In this document: positions 56,437 to 64,000 of the stretch, piece after piece
How positions within the stretch are numbered: the stretch's first letter is position 1
How the letters are laid out: each line of letters opens with the position of its first letter
Assembly (NCBI GenBank): GCA_038205935.1
Contig: JBBRBK010000005.1
Coordinates: 11,915 to 75,914 of the forward strand
Length of the DNA stretch: 64,000 bases
Direction of reading: 5' to 3'
From: Campylobacterales bacterium
GTDB lineage: Bacteria > Campylobacterota > Campylobacteria > Campylobacterales > Sulfurimonadaceae
The notes under the pieces: model-generated
Seen by the model: only the letters and a program-made list of their open reading frames with translations
What the model was told of the DNA's origin: nothing
Databases searched by the model: none
Position numbers and translations under genes: made by a program

Positions 56437-58468
56437 TTTCCAACTCCAATTCCACCCTCCATGTAAGGTTTTTGACAAATGGCAGCATCAAGACAAATGA
56501 GATTTCTTGCGCCATTTTATTAAAACCGCTTTCACTTTGTGAAACAGTGTTTAGAATATATCCCAATATTGTACATTCCTGACTCATCTTTAGTTTCAAA
56601 ACCTTATTTGTAAAATCATCCATGATGACAAGTTCTTTGCAATTTTGCTCACTAAATCCGTCTTGAATAGTCTTTCCATTAAAAGTCACCTTATGAGGAT
56701 GAGCAAAATGAAAATTGAACTCTTGGAAAAAATAAAGCTTTTCTTCGCACAAACTTTTACAATCCAGCTTCAAGAAAATAGAGTTTGTATCAAAACCATA
56801 CTCTTTTTTCATCGTTGTTTTGTAAGTTTTTTCCAAATAAATAGCGCCCTCACGACTAAAAACAGTTTTATGTTTAGCAAGAAGAAATGGCTGATTTGCA
56901 AAATCTGCGACATCCTTAAATGCTAATTTTCTATAATTCTCGAGTGTCAATTGCTCCGTACAAATATGTTCGACAAAAGAGTTTTTTGGATGCCAATCAT
57001 AAATAAGCTCAGCTTTGAGCTCTTCATCTTGAACGACATTATCATTATGGATAGTCGTTATCTCATCACTTTTTTCTTCATGAACAATCAGCTCACCTTT
57101 AGCTTGAAATATCTTTTCATGATAAGCTTCATAACGTCGCATAAGCGTGTTTTGCCAGTTAAAGAGTGTGTCAAAAGAACCAAACTCTACCATCTGTCCG
57201 CCAAATTTACTTGAAAAAATAGCACTGATATTGTGTGTGAGTACTTTTAACTCATCATAGCCATCTATATCAATATCTAGTATTTCGAAACTAACCCCTT
57301 TTTTCGCTCTTGATTTTTCAAGTTCAAGAAGATATCTGTAGGCGTTGTCTCGAAGGTTTGGAAGATATAAACCTCCAAAAATTCCATGCCAAAATACATC
57401 ATTTGTCTGAAGCTTATACAGAGACTCTAAAGCGCTCTTTGAAAGTTTTTCTTGATCCTTGCTAAAATAAAGCATGCGTTTGTGCAGATAGTTGCTTTCA
57501 TGGTATTTAACAAAAAAGTTTTTCCAGATACCACCTTTTATAAAAGCCACACCGATATCGTTAAAATACTCTTCGCCGACATTCTGTTTGAGCTTTTCAA
57601 GAGAGAGCGTTTGCTCGGCATGTAAACTCCATTCACCCATCTCTATATAAGAGGTGTTGCCAAGATATGCGATCCCTAAAGAGCGATTTTTCTTCATATA
57701 GTGACTGTAATGTTCTGGGATGATCTGCTCATGTGACAAAACAGCTTCTACAAACTGCTCTAGCCATTTTTTTTCATATACCCATTCATGCGTTTTAGGC
57801 CATAAACCAAACTTTTCAGCATCATCAAAGATAATAGCCGCAGAATTCTCACGCGAAGAACAAGCCAAAATAGCCTCTATGGATCTTTGTACACTGTAAA
57901 AAGGCAGAGCATAACGCAATGATTTTGCTATTGGAAAAAGAGAAAGTTCTTTGGCACTCTCTTCTGTCGTATAATATCCATCCATCCTAGAAGCATCATA
58001 ACCGCTGCTTAAAAAATGATAATCATCCACAAGTACATAATCAATCTTACATGTAGCCAGATCAGGAACCAATGCGCTCTCCCACACTCGCTCTGTCAGC
58101 CATAGCCCTTTTGGGTGCACGCCAAAATGTTTTTTCAAGAATTTATTCATCATCTCTATTTGTGCGATTCTATCGCAAGAGGGAATAGAACTTAACACCG
58201 GTTCATAATATCCGGCACTTACCCATTCAATGGAACCCTGCTTCGTCAAAACCTGCATATTTTCAAAGATATCTTGATGTTTTGTGCGTATCACATCAAG
58301 TAACCATCCACTTGAATGGACTGCAAACTTAAACTCAGGATATCTTACCATTGTTTCAAAGAAAGGTTTATAACACAGGTTTATGGCCTCTTCCACCGCA
58401 TCCCCGAAATTGTCAACGGGTTGATGCATATGAATACCAAAGAGAAGAGATACTTTTTTCATGTCCAT
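56429..58468 (-). CDS. GH57 alpha-amylase / 4-alpha-glucanotransferase
   Basis: Motifs HMHQP, GLWLTERVW, DDAEKFG.WP and QTNDVFWHG.FGGLYLP.LR. Confidence 0.9.
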   Translation of the reverse strand: MDMKKVSLLFGIHMHQPVDNFGDAVEEAINLCYKPFFETMVRYPEFKFAVHSSGWLLDVIRTKHQDIFENMQVLTKQGSIEWVSAGYYEPVLSSIPSCDRIAQIEMMNKFLKKHFGVHPKGLWLTERVWESALVPDLATCKIDYVLVDDYHFLSSGYDASRMDGYYTTEESAKELSLFPIAKSLRYALPFYSVQRSIEAILACSSRENSAAIIFDDAEKFGLWPKTHEWVYEKKWLEQFVEAVLSHEQIIPEHYSHYMKKNRSLGIAYLGNTSYIEMGEWSLHAEQTLSLEKLKQNVGEEYFNDIGVAFIKGGIWKNFFVKYHESNYLHKRMLYFSKDQEKLSKSALESLYKLQTNDVFWHGIFGGLYLPNLRDNAYRYLLELEKSRAKKGVSFEILDIDIDGYDELKVLTHNISAIFSSKFGGQMVEFGSFDTLFNWQNTLMRRYEAYHEKIFQAKGELIVHEEKSDEITTIHNDNVVQDEELKAELIYDWHPKNSFVEHICTEQLTLENYRKLAFKDVADFANQPFLLAKHKTVFSREGAIYLEKTYKTTMKKEYGFDTNSIFLKLDCKSLCEEKLYFFQEFNFHFAHPHKVTFNGKTIQDGFSEQNCKELVIMDDFTNKVLKLKMSQECTILGYILNTVSQSESGFNKMAQEISFVLMLPFVKNLTWRVELELENV

Positions 58469-58470
58469 CC

Positions 58471-60492
58471 TTATATAAACCAGTTTCTACTGTAATCATT
58501 GCTCAAATCAATTTTAAGCTCGCCAAATCCTGGCAATATCTGAATAATCTGACCATCTTTTTCAAGCTCAAACTTTATAGAGATCTCATCGATCGTGATT
58601 TTGCTTCTGTCTATGCTCATTTCTAAAAGATCTTGGCACATCACATAAAGTTCTAATTCACCGATAAAGCTTGCTTGTATCTCAAAATCTATTTTTTTTC
58701 TTAGTCCAAGAGGTTCTATAATAACTTCCATTGTGTAAGTACCGCAAAGCTCACTCATCCTTGCTTCAAAAGCAAAATAGAGTTTCAAATCATCTTGTCC
58801 ATACAAAATTTTCTTTATCGGCCCACGCTCTTTGTCCATAGTGGAAAAAAGTTTACTCTCATCAATGATCCCGCAACCAATCCACTCAAAGAAAGAATCA
58901 TGTTTACCATTGATAACAGGAGAGATATCTGATTGGGGCTGTAGCCAAAAATTTTGTGTACTTTTATGCTCAACAATGGGGATAAAAAGATCTGATGGCG
59001 GCGCTATGTTGATAAGTGTATAGATATCTATGAGATGAAAACGAAATAGCTCATCGAACTCTGCTCCAAATTCACTGTAATGATCATCTCCATACCACCA
59101 AAACCAGTCTGAGGATTCAGCCAATAAAAAGTGCTCAGTTACCTTCTCTCGAGTTCCCTCATCCAATGAGTTTTTATGATGTTCATAATCTCTTTTAGTC
59201 AAATAAATCAGTTCCCAAGCTCTTGTTTTTTCACGATGTCCAACCCAAGTATTAAAATTTCCATGGATCCAGCTACCAGCTGCCAAATATGCCAATTCTC
59301 TTGCAGGAAGTTGCGATACTTCATCCATTGTCACACTTTGACACCATGTAGATTCTTGGAGATCTTTATACAAGAGATCAAAAAAATCGAAGCCGTTATT
59401 AGTAAAAAATTCCCAAGCATTTTCGCCATCTAAGATAACAAAAACAGTCGCATCAGCATCTGTATGTTCTATCTTTTCAAGCTCATGCATAAAATTTGAT
59501 ACAGCCTGAGAAGCTTCCATTTTAGAGTAGGTAAAGCCTATTAAATCGCTGAGATAATGATTTCGAAAAACAATACGCATCCCTTTATACATGTAAGGAG
59601 TATAAAGATTTTCTCTCACAGAAGAGTTCAGTGAACGAAATAATATCTCCTCATCTGTTGCGATCCACTCAACGCCGCACTCTTTTAAAAGTGCAACGCT
59701 TTTTGGATCAACTGCGCCCTCCGCAGGCCAAAAACCAGTTGGCATGTAGCCAAATGTCTCAAAAAATAGATCTTTTGCTCTTGTTACATGTAAGCGTGCA
59801 TCCTCTGAAAGATCCATAAAATCTTTTGGAATATCTGTATTTGGATTTGCACTTAAGGCATTATTCATATCCATTAAAAGCGGTAATATCGGATGTGTCA
59901 ATGGCGTAGTTGAGAGTGTGATGAGACCATCATTATGAAGTTTAAGATAGTAATCAAAGATACCTGTGATAAAAACGGAAAGTTCGTTTAAAAGAGTAAG
60001 TTTTTCATCATTGGTATAATCTTTTTGTTTGGCGATGAGTTGCTGTACGATAATATTATTATCTTTGAGATAAGCACCACACCACGAAAGTACAAAAAGC
60101 ATCTCTAAATCAATAAGCTCACTATTATTAAAATGTTCCTGAGAATGATGTTCTCTATATCTAACAGAAGACTCAAACATCGTCTTTGCAGTCGCGCTTT
60201 TACAGATCTTAATTACCCAGTTTCTGTCTTCTTCAGCCAATGAAGAGGGATGAACAGACCACAAAGCTAAGAAGCGATCACCCGCTTGAGGCTGAATATA
60301 ATATAGTTTTAACTGTTGGATCAGTGTTGGCGTGATATTAAAAGTAGCTTTGACCCCGCTATGACGTGCCATCATCCACGGCATGTCATAATAATCTTTT
60401 ATCGCATGCAAAAATACCCAAGGCATTTGCATGATTCCACTACCATCGCGGTAGTCCGGCTGATGCATATGCCAAATAAAGCTCAGTTTCAA
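58471..60492 (-). CDS. GH57 family glycoside hydrolase (amylopullulanase-like)
   Basis: Motifs WHMHQP.Y, PWV.LHAIKDY, HPILPLL, GFWPAEG, ILDGENAWE and AESSDWFWW. Confidence 0.9.
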   Translation of the reverse strand: MKLSFIWHMHQPDYRDGSGIMQMPWVFLHAIKDYYDMPWMMARHSGVKATFNITPTLIQQLKLYYIQPQAGDRFLALWSVHPSSLAEEDRNWVIKICKSATAKTMFESSVRYREHHSQEHFNNSELIDLEMLFVLSWCGAYLKDNNIIVQQLIAKQKDYTNDEKLTLLNELSVFITGIFDYYLKLHNDGLITLSTTPLTHPILPLLMDMNNALSANPNTDIPKDFMDLSEDARLHVTRAKDLFFETFGYMPTGFWPAEGAVDPKSVALLKECGVEWIATDEEILFRSLNSSVRENLYTPYMYKGMRIVFRNHYLSDLIGFTYSKMEASQAVSNFMHELEKIEHTDADATVFVILDGENAWEFFTNNGFDFFDLLYKDLQESTWCQSVTMDEVSQLPARELAYLAAGSWIHGNFNTWVGHREKTRAWELIYLTKRDYEHHKNSLDEGTREKVTEHFLLAESSDWFWWYGDDHYSEFGAEFDELFRFHLIDIYTLINIAPPSDLFIPIVEHKSTQNFWLQPQSDISPVINGKHDSFFEWIGCGIIDESKLFSTMDKERGPIKKILYGQDDLKLYFAFEARMSELCGTYTMEVIIEPLGLRKKIDFEIQASFIGELELYVMCQDLLEMSIDRSKITIDEISIKFELEKDGQIIQILPGFGELKIDLSNDYSRNWFI

Positions 60493-60493
60493 A

Positions 60494-62998
60494 TCAACCT
60501 CCTATTGACCAAGCAGTAATCTTTTGCATATAACGCTCATAAAGTGTCTCACCAGAAACACTATCGATAGCTTGGATGTAGATATTGAGATGTTCTGAAT
60601 ATTGATCTGGAATCATTAAAATCCAATCAGTTTCATTTTCCCATATTTTCACACCATCCAAAGAGGATGATTTTTTGCCCTTCGCATCTTCTAAGAACTT
60701 TCTCATCATTTTGCCCTTGAGCGCTTGAGTACAATCAACTTTAAGTGATTTATAGTAAAAATTATCTACACTTTTTGCCAGTTCTGAAAGCTTGACATCA
60801 TGACAGCTCAGGAGTTGCATAACTTTCAAACTCGCATACATAGCATCACGTGTATAGCCAAACTCTGTAAAAGAAAAGTTACCATCTACTGTAGCGATCA
60901 GATCATATTTTTGCAATTCTGAAGCTTTAAGATTTACATATTTTCCACGCTCTATCTCAAGGTTTTCAAAGTATTTGATATCAGGTGCCCATGTCGGTAA
61001 AAAGACACGTTTTTTCTTCTCTTTTGCATCGATATTTAAAAGACCCAAAACACTGTAAAGGATTTTCACTTTATCGAGTATCACACCCTCTTCGGTTACC
61101 AAAGTCACTTTCTGTGCATTTGGATAGATGATCACACCCATATCGTAATCCAAACTTTTCACGATAGAAGAGATATTTGCATAAGATTTTTTCTCTAAAG
61201 CTGTGACATTTGCTAGTTTTTTCTCATCATAATAACTGTTAAGGATGATATTTTCAATCCCAAGATCATTTAAAAGTTTAGGAAAAATCTCCGCAGTAGT
61301 TCCATGCATCAAATCCACAGCAACTTTAAAGTTTTTACATTTAATGATAGAATGGTTAATCTTGGCTTCCATAGTCTGTTTATAATTTGCACACTCGATA
61401 TGATGCAAGGTCTCGTGGATAGTACCGATTTGCGTATAATCAACGCGACGAAATTTTTCACTAAAAAATGATTTTTCTATGGACTTTGCAGAGTCTAAGT
61501 CGATTCGAATCGCTTCCTCATTAAAAAGGGTTATCTCCGAATTTAGCGTATCTTCGATACATCTCTTAAAGTGTACACCGCCGATGAGTTTTGGATCATG
61601 CGCCAAAGCAAAACGAAGAACAGATGGAGGAACATTTTTAATATCTAAAACATCTATTCCAGCTGAGAGCATTCCACCCAAAAATGCACGCTTGAGCATA
61701 CGTGAGCTTTTATCATCATCGCGTCCAACAATTATTTTAGAGCCTACGGGAAGTTGCGCGGCAAAAGCTTCTGCGAGTTTTGTTGCCATCTCACATGAAA
61801 GTTCCATATTGCTTTTTCCAGAAACGCTTCCATTTTCAAAAATAGAATTTTTATATTTTGTACCAAGAACTAGGTTATGACTCACAATCGATGCTGCTTC
61901 TATATTTTTATTTGGCCAGATGATGACATCTTGCTCGATCATTGCAAGTTCGCCTATTTCACATCCCTCTGCTAAGATCATCCCAGTTTTCGCTTTGACA
62001 TTTTTACCGATGGTATTATCATTACAGATCACACAGTTTTCGAGTTTAGCATTTTTACCCACGAAAATTTTATCCCACAGCACACTGTTTCTTATCTTTG
62101 AACCACTTGCAATAGTGACATTATCGCCGATAACCACATTGATAAGTTTTACATCTTTTGCTATTGTGACATTTTCTCCAAGCATAACGGTACCGACGAT
62201 TTCAATAGAGTTATCAAGTTTATATGTACTTTTGCTATAAAGAACTCCATCAGGATAAGTTTGTTTTATCCCTGAGATCTGAAAATTTGCCTTGTTAGAT
62301 AAAAGGTCTTCATACACTTCGCGGTAACTCTCAGGATTACCAACATCGCGCCAGTATCCACTGAGACTATATCCCATCAACTCGATATTTTTTCCCATTA
62401 AGAAAGGAAAAAGATCTTTTGCAAAATCAAAATTCTCATTTTTTGGAATATATTTGAGTATTTCCGGTTCTATGATATAGATTCCTGTATTGATTGTGTC
62501 GCTAAACACCTCACCCCAACTTGGCTTTTCGAGAAACTTTTCAATTACATTGTTTTCATTAGCGATCACTACTCCAAACTGCAGAGGATTTTCAACCGAA
62601 GTCAGACCGATAGAGAGTTTTGCATTTTTACTTGTATGAAAATCAAATAGTTTTGAGAAATCAAAATCCGTTACAAGATCACCACTGATAATAATGAAGT
62701 TTTCATCTCCAATATACTCCTCTGCAAGCTTCACAGCTCCAGCAGTTCCATAATCATCATCAGGAATAACATAAGTGATCTTAATACCAAAATCGCTTCC
62801 GTCTTTAAAATAATCTTGAATAATTTCAGGCTTAAAATATAAAAGCACAATAAACTCGCTAATGCCAAGATCTTTGAGCATCATCATTGTATGTTCCATC
62901 ATCGGCTTGTTCATAATAGGCAACATCGGTTTTGGACGTGAATGTGTCAGAGGCTGGATCCTTGTTCCAAATCCGCCTGCCATAACTACTGCTTTCAT
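60494..62998 (-). CDS. sugar-phosphate nucleotidyltransferase (mannose-1-phosphate guanylyltransferase-like) + LbH + degenerate phosphomannomutase-like domain
   Basis: Motifs MAGGFGTR..PLT..PKPM, GTAGAV, FLEKP and YWRDVG, then hexapeptide repeats and a C-terminal PGM/PMM fold. Confidence 0.88.
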   Translation of the reverse strand: MKAVVMAGGFGTRIQPLTHSRPKPMLPIMNKPMMEHTMMMLKDLGISEFIVLLYFKPEIIQDYFKDGSDFGIKITYVIPDDDYGTAGAVKLAEEYIGDENFIIISGDLVTDFDFSKLFDFHTSKNAKLSIGLTSVENPLQFGVVIANENNVIEKFLEKPSWGEVFSDTINTGIYIIEPEILKYIPKNENFDFAKDLFPFLMGKNIELMGYSLSGYWRDVGNPESYREVYEDLLSNKANFQISGIKQTYPDGVLYSKSTYKLDNSIEIVGTVMLGENVTIAKDVKLINVVIGDNVTIASGSKIRNSVLWDKIFVGKNAKLENCVICNDNTIGKNVKAKTGMILAEGCEIGELAMIEQDVIIWPNKNIEAASIVSHNLVLGTKYKNSIFENGSVSGKSNMELSCEMATKLAEAFAAQLPVGSKIIVGRDDDKSSRMLKRAFLGGMLSAGIDVLDIKNVPPSVLRFALAHDPKLIGGVHFKRCIEDTLNSEITLFNEEAIRIDLDSAKSIEKSFFSEKFRRVDYTQIGTIHETLHHIECANYKQTMEAKINHSIIKCKNFKVAVDLMHGTTAEIFPKLLNDLGIENIILNSYYDEKKLANVTALEKKSYANISSIVKSLDYDMGVIIYPNAQKVTLVTEEGVILDKVKILYSVLGLLNIDAKEKKKRVFLPTWAPDIKYFENLEIERGKYVNLKASELQKYDLIATVDGNFSFTEFGYTRDAMYASLKVMQLLSCHDVKLSELAKSVDNFYYKSLKVDCTQALKGKMMRKFLEDAKGKKSSSLDGVKIWENETDWILMIPDQYSEHLNIYIQAIDSVSGETLYERYMQKITAWSIGG

Positions 62999-63008
62999 AT
63001 TTCTCCTT

Positions 63009-63968
63009 TTAATCTAAATAATTTACAGCATCAATAAAATGCTTTGGTAACTCATATTTGTTTTGTACTACATCGTCGATCTCTATAAAACTAAACTCAC
63101 CCTTGTTAAACACGACGACTTTGTTCGAGTCATTGTGAGAGAGAAGATAATCAACGGCCGCAATCGTAAAATCAAAAGCCATCATACGGTCATAAAAAGT
63201 AGGATTTCCCCCTCTTTGGATATGTCCTAAAATACTCACTCTTGTTTCAAGTCCAAGTTTTTCTTCCATCCACTGATGAATCTCGGTCGTTTTTTTCGCA
63301 CCCTCGGAGATAACGGCTAAAGCGTAGTTTCTCCCCTCTGCTATCTCTTTTACAAGCTTCGCTTCCATTTTTTCTTTATTGAACTCCAGCTCAGGGATGA
63401 TACAAATCTCAGCACCACTCACCATAGCCGAAGCCACAGCGAGATATCCACAGTCTCTACCCATGACTTCAATTAAGAAAGCACGGTTAAATGAAGATGC
63501 AGTATCTCTTATCTTATCTAGGGCATCTCTGATAACATTTAAACAGGTATCAACACCAAGACAATACTCTGTGCCATAAATATCATTATCGATAGTGGAG
63601 GGGATACCGACAAAATTAATATCAAACTCAGAGCTGAATCTTTGCATTGCCCGAAAGGAACCATCCCCACCCAAAACAATCACACCTTTGATATTACTCT
63701 GTTTTATATTATTATATGCTTTTTCTCTATATTCATATTCGAAAAATCTTTTTGAACGTGAAGAGCGGATAATAGTCCCACCAAAATGCACGATTCCAGC
63801 AACATCTTTATGGGTAGCTTTTTTTATCTTTCCATCTATGAGTCCTTCGAGTCCATCATAAATCAAATATGCTTCTTGATTCTTGTGGAGTGTATAATCT
63901 ACGAACTTCTTAATTGCAGGATTCATCCCCGGCGCGTCGCCACCTGAGCACATGATCGCTAAAGCCAT
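63009..63968 (-). CDS. pfkA: ATP-dependent 6-phosphofructokinase
   Basis: Motifs SGGDAPGMN, GGDGS, TIDND, EVMGR and LGHIQRGG. Confidence 0.95.
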   Translation of the reverse strand: MALAIMCSGGDAPGMNPAIKKFVDYTLHKNQEAYLIYDGLEGLIDGKIKKATHKDVAGIVHFGGTIIRSSRSKRFFEYEYREKAYNNIKQSNIKGVIVLGGDGSFRAMQRFSSEFDINFVGIPSTIDNDIYGTEYCLGVDTCLNVIRDALDKIRDTASSFNRAFLIEVMGRDCGYLAVASAMVSGAEICIIPELEFNKEKMEAKLVKEIAEGRNYALAVISEGAKKTTEIHQWMEEKLGLETRVSILGHIQRGGNPTFYDRMMAFDFTIAAVDYLLSHNDSNKVVVFNKGEFSFIEIDDVVQNKYELPKHFIDAVNYLD

Positions 63969-64000
63969 TAGATACTTTCCTCTCTTCTATCCAAGTTTTT

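Larger units (their letters stand above)
728..59793. repeat. dispersed highly iterated palindrome (C)TTACATGTAA(G), core TACATGTA
   Basis: Core starts counted by eye at 730, 3792, 8129, 10248, 10437, 15933, 16582, 20891, 23716, 29204, 29713, 35292, 35314, 40927, 41813, 42294, 50643, 51235, 52200, 52344, 52913, 53140, 55042, 58048, 59588 and 59785. Confidence 0.9.

Noticed and set aside
728..59793. TACATGTA copies as a CRISPR array, REP element or MITE
   Set aside because: Copies are short, dispersed and mostly intragenic. There are no regular spacers, no conserved flanks beyond about 14 bp, and no cas or transposase genes.
63968..64000. 3' end of a gene upstream of pfkA
   Set aside because: Only about 10 codons are visible (possible TAATG overlap); identity and frame cannot be established.

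Overview
AT-rich chromosomal window from a Campylobacterota (Epsilonproteobacteria) bacterium, probably Sulfurimonas-like. This is inferred from gene content, gene order and TATAAT-type promoters. Contents: (i) housekeeping genes (LptF/G-like permease, truA, LTA-synthase/sulfatase, dnaJ, ccsBA, polA, serA, rpsA, pgm); (ii) a ~16 kb non-canonical Pel-like exopolysaccharide locus with pelF, a PelG-like protein and a PelA-like hydrolase, but no recognisable PelB/C/D/E. In their place are a SPOR-TolC, a HlyD adaptor, a membrane-anchored degenerate HD-GYP protein, a GT2/DUF2304/flippase/GT-C-like module and a FemAB + deacetylase pair; the flippase gene is interrupted by one in-frame TAA; (iii) an Rrf2/DUF4395 pair divergent from a TolC-MFP-split RND operon; (iv) a USP plus a P2C-like P-type ATPase; (v) tandem MBOAT/SGNH O-acetylation modules, one with an in-frame G9 tract; (vi) a glycogen cluster (glgB, two glgA, GalT-like, two GH57, NTP-transferase/PMM fusion, pfkA) without glgC in the window. 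The most striking DNA-level signal is a highly iterated palindrome, (C)TTACATGTAA(G). By eye I count at least 26 TACATGTA cores. They sit in all three reading frames of many genes, occur as an inverted pair in a terminator-like hairpin, and overlap a ribosome-binding site. This behaviour resembles HIP1 or DNA uptake sequences. No rRNA, tRNA, CRISPR array or IS element was recognised.
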